Assembly: GCA_963677435.1 (NCBI GenBank)
Contig: OY781945.1
Location: 1,824,001 to 1,888,000, forward strand
Reading direction: 5' to 3'
From: an uncultured Aliarcobacter sp.
Lineage (GTDB): Bacteria; Campylobacterota; Campylobacteria; Campylobacterales; Arcobacteraceae
DNA: 64,000 nt
Shown piece after piece: positions 48,330 to 58,989 of this stretch. The first letter of the stretch is position 1. The number at the start of each line of letters is the position of its first letter. Below the pieces are notes generated by a model that was not told the origin of the DNA, searched no databases, and saw only the letters and a list, made by a program, of their open reading frames with translations. Position numbers and translations under genes: made by a program.

Positions 48330-49697
48330 TTAGATAGTTTTAGAAAATCTTCTTTTATCTTCAGGGATTTTATTTAAATATGCATCAAAAGGCATACAAA
48401 TATTTCTAATAAGCATACTTCCCGTTTGTGAGACTTTTATCTTTTCATCACTAGCTTCTATTAGTTCTGCTTCTTGGAACTCTTTAAGAGCTTCTAAGGC
48501 ATCTGCAAAGTACTCTTTGAAGTTTATTTTAAACTCTTTTTCAACTCTTGTGATATTTAAAGAGAAATTACTCATTAATTCCATTATTACAAATTGTCTT
48601 AATTGGTCATCATCAGATAGTCTATAACCTTTAAATACTGGTAAATTTCCATTATCTAAAGCATTTTCCCAAGGTTCTAACTCTTTGAAGTTTTGTGCAT
48701 AATAATCAACACCATTTCCAATTGAAGTAAGACCAATTCCAATTAAATCAGCTCCACCTTTTGTTGTATAACCTTGGAAATTTCTATGTAATTCACCTTT
48801 CTCAATCGCTTTGAATAATTCATCTTCTGGTTTTGCAAAGTGATCCATTCCAACCATTTTATAACCATTTGCTGTAAAGAAATCAATTGTATCTTTTAAC
48901 ATTTCAAGTTTTTCTTGGGGTGCTGGAAAAGTTGATTCATCAAATTTTCTCATAGTTTTCATAAGCCAAGGAACATGAGCATAATTAAATACAGCAAATC
49001 TATCTGTATCTAATGTAAGCATTTTTTCTAAAGTTTTTTTAAAACTCTCTCTTGTTTGATGTGGCAAACCATAAATTAAATCTGTATTAACTGAGTGAAT
49101 TCCTGCATCTCTTGCAATATTTATTACATTTTGAGTTAATTCAAATGGCTGAATTCTATGAATTGTTTTTTGAACAGTTTCATCTAAATCTTGAACTCCA
49201 AAACTTAAACGATTACAACCACCTTTTTTAAGAACATTCATATGTTCAACTGTAAAATATCTAGGATCCACTTCACATGAAACTTCTGCATCACTAGCAA
49301 AATTTGGAAAAATCTCTTTTACAGCATCAATAACAACTTCAAGTTGCTCAGGAGAAAAATATGTTGGAGTTCCTCCACCAAAATGCATTTGAGTTACAAC
49401 TCTATTAGTATTCAAATGATTTTTTAGAATATTTAACTCTTTTTTTAAATATTCAATATATCTAACTTTTTTATCTTCTTTTGAAGTAAAGATTGTGTTA
49501 CATCCACAAAAATAACAAGCACTTCTACAAAATGGCATATGAATATAAAGTGATAATGCTCTATCATCACTTTGACTTTTGTAATACTCTTTTAAATCTT
49601 CTTGGGTAAATGTTTCACTAAATTCAGGAGCAGTTGGATAAGAAGTATATCTCGGACCTGGTCGTGAATACTTCTCGAATTTTTTAAAATCTATCAT
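48330..49697 (-). CDS. hemN: Oxygen-independent coproporphyrinogen III oxidase
   Basis: GPRYTSYP, CRSACYFCGC, RNFQGY. Confidence 0.96.
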   Translation of the reverse strand: MIDFKKFEKYSRPGPRYTSYPTAPEFSETFTQEDLKEYYKSQSDDRALSLYIHMPFCRSACYFCGCNTIFTSKEDKKVRYIEYLKKELNILKNHLNTNRVVTQMHFGGGTPTYFSPEQLEVVIDAVKEIFPNFASDAEVSCEVDPRYFTVEHMNVLKKGGCNRLSFGVQDLDETVQKTIHRIQPFELTQNVINIARDAGIHSVNTDLIYGLPHQTRESFKKTLEKMLTLDTDRFAVFNYAHVPWLMKTMRKFDESTFPAPQEKLEMLKDTIDFFTANGYKMVGMDHFAKPEDELFKAIEKGELHRNFQGYTTKGGADLIGIGLTSIGNGVDYYAQNFKELEPWENALDNGNLPVFKGYRLSDDDQLRQFVIMELMSNFSLNITRVEKEFKINFKEYFADALEALKEFQEAELIEASDEKIKVSQTGSMLIRNICMPFDAYLNKIPEDKRRFSKTI

Positions 49698-50627
49698 TTA
49701 TGCTTCATCTCTTTTTCTATCAAGCCAAACCATAACACCTTTTTGAGCGTGAAGTCTATTTTCAGCTTCTTCAAAAATTAAACTTTGTTTGCTTTCCATA
49801 ACTTCTTCACTTACTTCATAACCTCTATATGCAGGTAAACAATGTAAGAAAATTGCTTTATCTTGAGCTAATTTCATCATATCACCATCAACCATATATC
49901 CTGCAAAATCTTTTACTCTTTTCTCTTTTTCAGACTCTTGTCCCATAGAAACCCAAGTATCAGTTGTTACTACAGTTGCACCTTTTACAGCCTCTTTAGG
50001 GTCATTTGTTATTATGATTTTTGCACCACTTAATTTTGCCATTTCAAGGGCATTTGCTAAAATAGTTGCATCAACTTCATAACCTTTTGGAGTTGCAATT
50101 CTAAGTTCAAAACCTAATTTTGCAGCTAAATTAAGCCATGAATGAGCCATATTATTTCCATCACCAACATAAGCAGCAACTAAATCTTCAGTTAGTCCTG
50201 CTTCTTGAATAGTCATATAATCAGCCATAAGTTGTACTGGATGATATTCTGTTGTTAAACCATTTATTACAGGAACTTTTGAATATTTTGCAAATTCTTC
50301 AATTTTACTATGTTCAAAAGTTCTAATCATCACCATATCTACCATTCTAGAAATTACTCTTGAAGTATCACTCATTGGCTCACCTCGACCTAGTTGAATA
50401 TCATTTGATGAAAGAAATAAACCAATACCACCTAACTGATAAATACCTGTTTCAAAAGATACTCTTGTTCGTGTAGAGCTTTTTTCAAAAATCATTCCTA
50501 ATGTTTTTTTAGGCATGTAATCTTTAAAGACTCTAGCTTTAGTTTCATCTTTGATTTGTTTAGCAAGTGTTAATATTTCTAAAATCTCATCTTTAGAATA
50601 ATCAGCTAATGTTAAGAAATGTCTCAT
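49698..50627 (-). CDS. argF: Ornithine carbamoyltransferase
   Basis: STRTR, HPVQ, HCLP; start moved to MRHFL. Confidence 0.96.
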   Translation of the reverse strand: MRHFLTLADYSKDEILEILTLAKQIKDETKARVFKDYMPKKTLGMIFEKSSTRTRVSFETGIYQLGGIGLFLSSNDIQLGRGEPMSDTSRVISRMVDMVMIRTFEHSKIEEFAKYSKVPVINGLTTEYHPVQLMADYMTIQEAGLTEDLVAAYVGDGNNMAHSWLNLAAKLGFELRIATPKGYEVDATILANALEMAKLSGAKIIITNDPKEAVKGATVVTTDTWVSMGQESEKEKRVKDFAGYMVDGDMMKLAQDKAIFLHCLPAYRGYEVSEEVMESKQSLIFEEAENRLHAQKGVMVWLDRKRDEA

Positions 50628-50851
50628 TTTATTTCCTCTGTAATTAATAAAAACGAACATTCTATTTAATTTAACTTTAGAACTACTTAAAAGTAATAGT
50701 TTTATAATAAAAAAACTTCTCTTTTTTCTAATAAATTTATCTATTATATTTATAACAAGTCCCATTTTATGACACTTTTGTGACAAAAATACTCATTACT
50801 TATTAAGAAAATCTCCCATACAATTACAAAATGTTTAAAAAGGAAATATCA

Positions 50852-52969
50852 ATGATAGAAAATATATTAAAAAGAAATGGCACAAAACAAGAATTTGAAT
50901 CTTATAAAATAGAAGACGCAGTAAAAAAAGCATTTAAAAGTGTAAATATTCAATATGATATTTCTATATTTTTTAATGTTTTGTTTGAAATAAAACAAAA
51001 AAGATTAGTTGCAGTTGAAGATATACAAGATATTATTGAAAAAGAGTTATTTAAAGCTAGATACTTTGATGTAATGAAATCATTTATTTTATATAGACAT
51101 TTGCATAAAATCCAAAGGGAACAAATCTTACAAATTGAAAATGATACTACTTATATAAACTCAACACAAACCATTCAAGAGTACATAAATGGAAGTGATT
51201 GGAGAATAAAAGCAAATTCAAATACAGGATATTCCCATGCAGGACTTATTAATAATAGTGCCGGAAAAGTAATTGCTAATTATTGGCTGGATAAGGTTTA
51301 TTCAAAAGAAGAAGGATACGCCCATAGAAACGCTGATTATCATATACATGATTTAGATTGTTTAAGTGGATATTGTGCTGGTTGGTCTTTGAGGGTTTTA
51401 CTTGATGAGGGATTTAATAAAGTAAGAGGAAGAGTTGAAAGCGCTGCTCCTAATCATTTTAGAGAAGCTTTAGGGCAAATGGCAAATTTTTTGGGAATTT
51501 TGCAAAGTGAATGGGCAGGTGCTCAAGCTTTTAGTAGTTTTGATACTTATTTAGCTCCTTATGTTTTTAAAGATAATTTATCTTATAAAGAGATCAAAAA
51601 AGCTGTTAGGTCTTTTATTTACAATTTAAATGTTCCTGCGCGTTGGGGACAAAGTCCTTTTACAAATATTACAATTGATTGGACAGTTCCTGCTGATTTA
51701 AAAGATCAAATTCCAACACGAAACCAAAAACATCTTTTTAAAGATTTCCACAATGATGAATTATTAGAAAAAATCAAAGAAAAAGGCTATAAATCATTTG
51801 AAGAACTAACATATAAAGATTTCCAAAAACAGATGAATCAAATAAACAAAGCTTATTATGAAATAATGACACAAGGTGATAAAACAGGGCAACCTTTTAC
51901 TTTTCCAATTCCAACTGTTAATATCACTGAAGATTTTGATTGGTATGGTGAAAATACAGATGTTTTATTCGAAAATACAGCAAAAATAGGAAGTTCATAT
52001 TTTCAAAATTTTATAGGAAGCCAATATTTAAAAGATGAAAATGGTAATTTAATAGAAAATGAAAAAGCTTATAAACCAGGTCATGTGCGTTCTATGTGTT
52101 GCAGATTACAACTTGATTTAAGAGAACTTCTAAAACGTGGAGGTGGTCTTTTTGGTTCAGCTGAAATGACTGGAAGTATTGGAGTTGTAACTATTAATAT
52201 GGCAAGACTTGGATATTTATATAAAAGTGATATAAATGCTTTACTTCTTAGGATTGAAGAGTTAATGGAATTAGCAAAATCAACCCTTGAAAAGAAAAGA
52301 GTATTTGTAAAAGATATGTATGATAGAGGGCTTTATCCTTATACAAAAAGGTATTTACCTAATTTTAATAACCATTTTTCTACTATTGGTGTAAATGGAA
52401 TGAATGAAATGATTAAAAACTATTTTGGAGAAAATATAGATATCTCTTCTAGTATTGGCAATCAATTTTGTTTAGAAATTTTAGATTTTATGAGAGATAA
52501 AATGATTAAATTCCAAGAAGAAACTGGGAATTTATATAATCTTGAAGCAACACCAGCAGAGGGTACAACTTATAGATTTGCTAAAGAAGATAAAAAAAGA
52601 TACAAAGATATTATTCAAGCAGGAATTGCTAAAAATGTCTATTACACCAACTCTTCACAACTTCCCGTTGATTACACAGACGATCCTTTTGAGGCATTAA
52701 CACTGCAAGATGAATTACAATGTAAATATACAGGAGGAACAGTCTTGCATTTATATATGAATGAGAGAATATCATCAATAGATGCTTGTAGAAAATTTGT
52801 AAAAAATACTATCACAAACTTTAGATTGCCATATATTACTATAACACCGCTTTTTTCAGTTTGTGAAATTCATGGCTATTTAACTGGTGAGCATGAGTAT
52901 TGCCCAAAATGCGATGAAGAAATCTTAAAAAAGGAGTTAGAAAATGATAAAAAAACAAGAATTGCTTGA
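50852..52969 (+). CDS. nrdD: Class III anaerobic ribonucleoside-triphosphate reductase, large part (ATP cone, catalytic barrel, Zn ribbon; no glycyl loop)
   Basis: HIHDL, YCAGW, RSMCCRL, EATPAEG, CEIH..CPKC. Confidence 0.93.
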   Translation: MIENILKRNGTKQEFESYKIEDAVKKAFKSVNIQYDISIFFNVLFEIKQKRLVAVEDIQDIIEKELFKARYFDVMKSFILYRHLHKIQREQILQIENDTTYINSTQTIQEYINGSDWRIKANSNTGYSHAGLINNSAGKVIANYWLDKVYSKEEGYAHRNADYHIHDLDCLSGYCAGWSLRVLLDEGFNKVRGRVESAAPNHFREALGQMANFLGILQSEWAGAQAFSSFDTYLAPYVFKDNLSYKEIKKAVRSFIYNLNVPARWGQSPFTNITIDWTVPADLKDQIPTRNQKHLFKDFHNDELLEKIKEKGYKSFEELTYKDFQKQMNQINKAYYEIMTQGDKTGQPFTFPIPTVNITEDFDWYGENTDVLFENTAKIGSSYFQNFIGSQYLKDENGNLIENEKAYKPGHVRSMCCRLQLDLRELLKRGGGLFGSAEMTGSIGVVTINMARLGYLYKSDINALLLRIEELMELAKSTLEKKRVFVKDMYDRGLYPYTKRYLPNFNNHFSTIGVNGMNEMIKNYFGENIDISSSIGNQFCLEILDFMRDKMIKFQEETGNLYNLEATPAEGTTYRFAKEDKKRYKDIIQAGIAKNVYYTNSSQLPVDYTDDPFEALTLQDELQCKYTGGTVLHLYMNERISSIDACRKFVKNTITNFRLPYITITPLFSVCEIHGYLTGEHEYCPKCDEEILKKELENDKKTRIA

Positions 52970-53111
52970 GAAAAATAGCGAAAAAAGAACAAAGTGTATG
53001 GTTTATACTAGGGTTATGGGTTACCATAGACCAGTTGAAAGTTTTAATATAGGAAAAAAAGGTGAACACAATCAAAGAATTAAATTCATTGAATCAAAAG
53101 ATTGTATATGA
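52944..53111 (+). CDS. Stand-alone NrdD glycyl-radical domain (55 aa), absent from ORF track
   Basis: MIKKQELLEKNSEKRTKCMVYTRVMGYHRPVESFNIGKKGEHNQRIKFIESKDCI; AAGGAG RBS. Confidence 0.88.
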   Translation: MIKKQELLEKNSEKRTKCMVYTRVMGYHRPVESFNIGKKGEHNQRIKFIESKDCI

Positions 53112-53766
53112 TTTAACTAAATTTACAACAACAGATTATGTGGGACAACTCTCTTGCATAATTTGGTTTGTTTCTTGTAATTTTAGATGTTTGTATTGTT
53201 ATAATGATAATATTATTTATACAAAAGAGGGAAAATACTCTCAAAATGATATTTTAGATTTTTTAAAAACAAGAGTTGGATTATTAGATTCTGTAGTTTT
53301 ATCAGGTGGAGAAGCGACAGTTCATAATGTTATACCAATTTGCAAAGAGATAAAAAAACTTGGTTTTAAAATAAAACTTGATACAAATGCTACTAATCTA
53401 AAACAAATAAAAGAGCTTATAAATTTGAATTTATTAGATTATATTGCTATTGATTTTAAAGCACCAAAATACAAATTTAAAGAACTTACAGGTGTAAGTA
53501 TCTATAATAATAGTATTAAGACTATACAATATTTAATAAACATAGATTTTAACTTTGAACTTAGATCCACTATAAATTCATCACTTTTGGATGAAAATGA
53601 TATAAATGAGATGATAAAAATTATAAAAGAGTTAAACTATAAAAATATTTACTATCTTCAAAATTTTCTCGAAACCACTTCTAATATAGGGAATATTCCC
53701 AAAGCCCAAGATATAGATAAAAGTAAAATAAATCCTTTAGGTTTAATCATTCAATACAGAAATTAA
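53062..53766 (+). CDS. nrdG: Anaerobic RNR activase (radical SAM)
   Basis: CNFRCLYC, SGGE; true start uncertain. Confidence 0.9.
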   Translation: MNTIKELNSLNQKIVYDLTKFTTTDYVGQLSCIIWFVSCNFRCLYCYNDNIIYTKEGKYSQNDILDFLKTRVGLLDSVVLSGGEATVHNVIPICKEIKKLGFKIKLDTNATNLKQIKELINLNLLDYIAIDFKAPKYKFKELTGVSIYNNSIKTIQYLINIDFNFELRSTINSSLLDENDINEMIKIIKELNYKNIYYLQNFLETTSNIGNIPKAQDIDKSKINPLGLIIQYRN

Positions 53767-54423
53767 ATACCCTTGAGAAGATATATTTTCTATTAAATCT
53801 TTTGAGGTTTTTAGTCTTAATCTTTTAATAAAAGTTCGTAATCTTTCATCATTTACCTCTTCACTCCATAAAGATTCTTTGATTACAGTGCTTGAAACTA
53901 TGCTGTTTTTATTTTTTATGAGAAGATGAAAAAACTCTTTTTCTCTTTTTGTAAGAGTTATTAAAACCATTTTTTTATACAAAGACATAGAGTTATTATC
54001 AAAAATATACTCATCTTTTAAATTAACTCTTTTTTGTTTGTTTAATTTTGGTGCAATTTTGTTTATGTGTTCTATTACTTCTTCTGGATCAAAAGGTTTT
54101 ATAAAATATTTACTTATTCCTAAATCAATAGCTTTTAAAAGTTTTTCCTTTTCAGAGTGGGCACTTAATACTATAATTGGTATAAACTCATCCAATTCTT
54201 TTATTTTTTGAGTCATTTGTAAACCATCACAAATGGGCATCATAATATCTGTAATTATAATATCAGGTTTAAAAATTTGAAATTTTTTTAATCCCTCTTC
54301 ACCATCTTTTGCAATTACAACAGAAAAAAATGAGTCAGATATCGCATCTTTTAGTAGTTGTGCTAATCTTTTTTCATCTTCTACAATTAGAATTTTTAAT
54401 GTTTTTAATAACTCTTTATTCAT
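53743..54423 (-). CDS. OmpR-like response regulator
   Basis: IVED, TDIMMP, KPF, winged-helix C-terminus. Confidence 0.92.
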   Translation of the reverse strand: MNKELLKTLKILIVEDEKRLAQLLKDAISDSFFSVVIAKDGEEGLKKFQIFKPDIIITDIMMPICDGLQMTQKIKELDEFIPIIVLSAHSEKEKLLKAIDLGISKYFIKPFDPEEVIEHINKIAPKLNKQKRVNLKDEYIFDNNSMSLYKKMVLITLTKREKEFFHLLIKNKNSIVSSTVIKESLWSEEVNDERLRTFIKRLRLKTSKDLIENISSQGYLISVLND

Positions 54424-54426
54424 CTC

Positions 54427-55641
54427 TTAACCTAATAATAATTTTATGCTAAAAATAGAACCATCATCACAATTTTCATGACTTAATTCACCTTCTAAAC
54501 TTTTTTCAATAATCATTTTAGACATAAAAAGTCCAAGACCTGTGCCTTGACTTTTATATTTTGTTGTAAAATAGGGGTCAAATATCTTATCAATATTCTC
54601 TTTACTTATTCCACCTGCATTATCTTTTATTTCAAGTAAGGCATATTTTTTATCTAAAATTTGCTTTTGTTTTAGTGTAATTATAATAGTTCTATTTGTT
54701 ATACCATTTTGAACAAAGGCATCTTTTGAATTTTGAATTAGGTTTATAATCACTTGAGAAAGCTCGTTTAATACGCCAATTACTTTATATTTAATTGGAA
54801 CATCTATTTGAATATGAATATTTTCTAATTCTATTACTTTTCTTAAAATTACTAAAGCTTCATTTATAGCATCTTTTATTTCAAAACTCTTTTTCTCTTT
54901 TTGTGGTTTAAAGAAGTTCGTAAAATCATCTATTGTTGAAGACATACTTAGGATTAAAGTTTTACTCTCTTTATATAATTCATCAACTTTTTTTTCATTA
55001 TTATTCATAGAAGCTTTTTTCATATTAAAAAGTGTGAGATTAAGTTCAGTTAATGGCTGTCTCCATTGATGTGCAATATTTGCTAACATTTGCCCTAGAC
55101 TTGCCATTCTTGATTGCCAAAATAGAAGTTTTTGTTTCTCTTCATTTTTTTTAATCTCTTCAATTACTCTTTTTTCTAGAGTTTTATTCAACTCTTTTAA
55201 TTGTTTTGTTTGTTCTTTTACTTTTATTTCTAGATTTAAATTTAACTGCTCAAGCTCTTTCTCTTTTAATTCTAGTCTTTTTTTGAGTTCAACTTCAGAA
55301 GTTACATCATATCTAATTGCTATAAACTCAATAATATTTCCATTTAGGTCTAAAATAGGGGTTATTGTTGTATTTAAATAGACAGTTTCTTTATTTTTTG
55401 TTAGATTTTTTACAGTTGCTTTATAAGATTTTTTCTCAAGGATTGTTTCCCAAAGAGTTTCAAAGTTTGAAGTTGGCACTTCTGGATGTCTTACGATATT
55501 GTGGTTTTGACCAATCAATTCATCATAAGAGTATCCAGAAATTTTACAAAACTCATCATTTACAAAAGTTATAATTCCATTTATATCAGTTTTTGATACG
55601 ATATTTGAATTTTCAATTGCTTCTTGATAAGGATTGCTCAT
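54427..55641 (-). CDS. Soluble PAS-domain histidine kinase
   Basis: Aer-like PAS (HNIVRHP), IAHQWRQP, DNAGG, GTGLG. Confidence 0.92.
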   Translation of the reverse strand: MSNPYQEAIENSNIVSKTDINGIITFVNDEFCKISGYSYDELIGQNHNIVRHPEVPTSNFETLWETILEKKSYKATVKNLTKNKETVYLNTTITPILDLNGNIIEFIAIRYDVTSEVELKKRLELKEKELEQLNLNLEIKVKEQTKQLKELNKTLEKRVIEEIKKNEEKQKLLFWQSRMASLGQMLANIAHQWRQPLTELNLTLFNMKKASMNNNEKKVDELYKESKTLILSMSSTIDDFTNFFKPQKEKKSFEIKDAINEALVILRKVIELENIHIQIDVPIKYKVIGVLNELSQVIINLIQNSKDAFVQNGITNRTIIITLKQKQILDKKYALLEIKDNAGGISKENIDKIFDPYFTTKYKSQGTGLGLFMSKMIIEKSLEGELSHENCDDGSIFSIKLLLG

Positions 55642-55644
55642 TTT

Positions 55645-56619
55645 TTATTGTTTTCTTAAAAGTTCACAAACTTCTTTTGCATGATAAGAGATGATAATAT
55701 TTGCACCAGCTCTTTTAAAAGCAATCATAGTTTCCATCATAACTCTTTCATAATCAATTAATCCAGCAATTCCTGCGTGTTTAAGCATTGCATATTCACC
55801 ACTTACATTATACACACATAAAGGAAGATTTGTTTGATTTCTTATGTCTCTTACAATATCTAAAAATGCAAGAGCTGGTTTTACCATTAAAATATCTGCA
55901 CCTTCTTTTTCATCTTCAAGTGATTCTTCAATAGCTTCTAGTCTATTTGCTGGATTCATTTGATAAGTTCTTCTATCTCCAAAAGATGGAGTTGATTCAG
56001 CAACATCTCTAAATGGTCCATAATATCCACTTGCAAATTTTGTAGAATAAGCCATGATAGGAAGATTTCTAAATCCATTTTCATCTAAAGCATTTCTAAG
56101 TGTTGTAATAATTCCATCCATCATTCCAGATGGTGCAATCATATCAGCACCGGCTCTTGCGTGAACTAATGCTTGTTGTGCTGAAATTTCTAATGTTTTA
56201 TCATTATCAACACTTCCAGTTTTTGGATCTAAAATTCCACAATGTCCATGGTCTGTGTATTCACAAAAACATAAATCAGTTACGATGAACATTTGAGGAA
56301 ATTTCTCTTTAATAGCTTTTATTGTTCGTGCAATTATGCTTTCATTACATAAACATTCACTTCCAACAGAATCTTTTACATCTGGAATTGCAAATAATAT
56401 AATTGATTTTAAATTAATACTTACTAGGTATTCACACTCTTTTAAAATTTCATCAATACTCATTTGATAAACACCTGGCATTGAAGCAACTTCTGTTTTT
56501 ATACCACTTCCTTCTCTTACAAATAATGGATAGATGAAATCATCAGCACTTACTGTCGTTTCTTGAACCAAATTTCTTAAAGTTTCATTTATTCTTAGTC
56601 TTCTAAATCGTTTAAACAT
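55645..56619 (-). CDS. hemB: Porphobilinogen synthase
   Basis: [25 protein letters not shown]. Confidence 0.97.
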   Translation of the reverse strand: MFKRFRRLRINETLRNLVQETTVSADDFIYPLFVREGSGIKTEVASMPGVYQMSIDEILKECEYLVSINLKSIILFAIPDVKDSVGSECLCNESIIARTIKAIKEKFPQMFIVTDLCFCEYTDHGHCGILDPKTGSVDNDKTLEISAQQALVHARAGADMIAPSGMMDGIITTLRNALDENGFRNLPIMAYSTKFASGYYGPFRDVAESTPSFGDRRTYQMNPANRLEAIEESLEDEKEGADILMVKPALAFLDIVRDIRNQTNLPLCVYNVSGEYAMLKHAGIAGLIDYERVMMETMIAFKRAGANIIISYHAKEVCELLRKQ

Positions 56620-56678
56620 TCTATTTACCTCTTTTGGTTATAATCTTCGGATTTTAACAGTTTAAGGTTTAAATACAA

Positions 56679-57254
56679 ATGAATATAATACAATCAAATA
56701 TAGCCAATTTACCAACAAAATATGGAAAATTTAAAATAAAAGCTTACAAAGACGGAACTCAAGAACATTTAGCAATAATGAGTCAAGATTTTGAAAATAT
56801 TGATGCTCCATATGTGAGAATTCACTCAGAGTGCCTAACAGGCGACACACTTGGCAGTTTAAAGTGTGATTGTCAAAATCAATTAGATTTATCATTAAAA
56901 TTTATTGCTCGTGAGGGTGGTTTAGTAATTTACCATAGACAAGAGGGTAGAAATATCGGTTTAGTAAATAAAGTAAATGCTTACGCACTGCAAGACCAAG
57001 GTCGAAATACAATTCAAGCAAATTTAGAATTAGGTTTTAAAGAAGATGAACGAGATTACTCTATTGTTGGACATATCTTTAAAGATTTAGGAGTGGAAAA
57101 GTTGAAATTAATAACTAATAATCCTAAAAAAATAGACTATGTTGAATCTTTAGGAATTGAAATTGTTGAAAGAATTCCAGCAATTACACAATCAAATAAA
57201 TATAACGAAGGCTATTTGCAAACGAAAAAAGAGCAAATGGGACATATGCTTTAA
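56679..57254 (+). CDS. ribA: GTP cyclohydrolase II
   Basis: RIHSECLTGD..CDC, QEGR, TNNP. Confidence 0.96.
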   Translation: MNIIQSNIANLPTKYGKFKIKAYKDGTQEHLAIMSQDFENIDAPYVRIHSECLTGDTLGSLKCDCQNQLDLSLKFIAREGGLVIYHRQEGRNIGLVNKVNAYALQDQGRNTIQANLELGFKEDERDYSIVGHIFKDLGVEKLKLITNNPKKIDYVESLGIEIVERIPAITQSNKYNEGYLQTKKEQMGHML

Positions 57255-57838
57255 TGATTTTAAAACAATTATTAGAAGAAAACAATCTTCATTTAGATGA
57301 TAAATTTTATGAAGATTGTGAAGTTTTTGTAAAACTATTACAACAGTGGGGGAAGGTTCATAATCTTAGTGGAAGACTTACAAAAAGTGATATTGAAGAG
57401 AATATTTTAGACTCTGTATATCCTTTAAAATTTATTAAGAATTATACAAGTTTTGCAGATATTGGAACAGGTGCTGGTTATCCTGGATTGATATTAGCAA
57501 TGGCTTTAAGGGATGTAAAATCTTACCTAATTGAGCCTAGAATCAAGAGAGTTTCATTTTTAAATTTTGTAAAAGCAACTTTAAAATTGGATAACTTGAC
57601 AGTACTTTGTAGTAGGGTAGAGCAGGTTAAAGATTTACAAGTTGAGTTAATAACTTCACGAGCTGTTACTAATACTTCATTACTTTTAGATATTACAAAA
57701 AATATCAAAAAAGAGAATAGTTCATACCTTTTTTATAAAGGTTCTGTACTTGAAAATGAAATAGAAATAGCAAACTTAAATACTTACAAAATAGTAAATA
57801 GAAAAGATAGAAACTATCTTTATATAGAAGGTAAATAA
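57254..57838 (+). CDS. rsmG: 16S rRNA m7G527 methyltransferase
   Basis: HNLS, DIGTGAGYPG, SRA. Confidence 0.93.
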   Translation: MILKQLLEENNLHLDDKFYEDCEVFVKLLQQWGKVHNLSGRLTKSDIEENILDSVYPLKFIKNYTSFADIGTGAGYPGLILAMALRDVKSYLIEPRIKRVSFLNFVKATLKLDNLTVLCSRVEQVKDLQVELITSRAVTNTSLLLDITKNIKKENSSYLFYKGSVLENEIEIANLNTYKIVNRKDRNYLYIEGK

Positions 57839-58056
57839 TGGTTTTAAAAATTATAATAGTTGCAATATTGGCTTTTTTAGCTTATATTTTACTATTTAAA
57901 AAAAGTAGAGAAAAAGAGATTTTTTCTAAAAAAAATGAAAAAATCACAGATGAAATGGTTGAATGTCCCACTTGTAAAACATATGTTTCTCAAAAAGAGG
58001 CAATTATTAGTAATGGGAAATTTTATTGCTCTAAAGAGTGTTTAGAAAACAAATAA
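57838..58056 (+). CDS. PP0621-like small Zn-finger membrane protein
   Basis: MVECPTC..FYCSKEC. Confidence 0.75.
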   Translation: MVLKIIIVAILAFLAYILLFKKSREKEIFSKKNEKITDEMVECPTCKTYVSQKEAIISNGKFYCSKECLENK

Positions 58057-58066
58057 GGATAATAAA

Positions 58067-58438
58067 GTGATAATTATCGGTGATAATTTAATTCCTTTTG
58101 AAGATTTAAAATATATTCAAAATATTGAAAATATTAAGAATAGTAAAGCAAATTCAACTGTAATATTTAATTATAATGAAGAAGTTTTGAAATATTGTTA
58201 TGAAAATGAAATATCTTCAGCTGTTGTTGTAGCTTCAATAAAAGAGGCTATTTATTGTAATAGTTTAAATGTTAAATATATAATTTCAGAAAAAAATGTG
58301 GCTATTCAAGTACAGAAAATTGCTGATAATTATATGTATGATTCAAAAAATCTAGCAATAATTGATTCAAATGAAGAGTTTGAGAAAATAGCAAATGATG
58401 AAATTGATGGTGTTATTTATAGAAAGTTGACTAAATAA
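58067..58438 (+). CDS. Hypothetical protein
   Basis: Operon-embedded ORF with RBS. Confidence 0.7.
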   Translation: MIIIGDNLIPFEDLKYIQNIENIKNSKANSTVIFNYNEEVLKYCYENEISSAVVVASIKEAIYCNSLNVKYIISEKNVAIQVQKIADNYMYDSKNLAIIDSNEEFEKIANDEIDGVIYRKLTK

Positions 58439-58440
58439 AT

Positions 58441-58785
58441 ATGATAAAAAAGATTATATTAATATTTTCTTTTTGTATTTACTCTTTTGCTTGTAGTGGA
58501 GATTGTATGGCTTGCCATCCTGTTCTAAAAGAGTCAATAAAAGAAAAACATCATCAAGTATTAACTACTTGTATTGCATGTCATACTAAAACTCCTGCAA
58601 CTATGGTTGAGTGTGGTGGAGATTGTTTTGCTTGTCACTCTCAAAACAAATTAATAGAATCAAATAGAATAGAACATCAAAACCTTGCATCTTGCAAAGA
58701 ATGTCATATAAATAAAGAGGATTTGTTTAAAAACTCTTCATTAAACGGTGGTTCAACTTTGATGGATTTACTAAAAAATAAGTGA
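58441..58785 (+). CDS. Small tetraheme c-type cytochrome
   Basis: Signal peptide and four CXXCH motifs. Confidence 0.8.
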   Translation: MIKKIILIFSFCIYSFACSGDCMACHPVLKESIKEKHHQVLTTCIACHTKTPATMVECGGDCFACHSQNKLIESNRIEHQNLASCKECHINKEDLFKNSSLNGGSTLMDLLKNK

Positions 58786-58833
58786 TTTTTGGCTAAAATA
58801 ATCACCTTTTAATAGATAAAACTTAGGATAAAT

Positions 58834-58989
58834 GTGAAAGATATATTAGACACAATAATACTTGTTATGTTCGTTATTATGGTTGCAATGTTTATAATCA
58901 ACTTTAATAGACAACAAATAAAAAAACATACAGACAAAATTGAAGAAAATGAAAAAAAGAACTCAAACAAGGATAAAATAGATGAATAA
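58834..58989 (+). CDS. Small membrane protein (51 aa), absent from ORF track
   Basis: GTG start after AGGA; one TM helix; stop overlaps glyS start. Confidence 0.55.
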   Translation: MKDILDTIILVMFVIMVAMFIINFNRQQIKKHTDKIEENEKKNSNKDKIDE

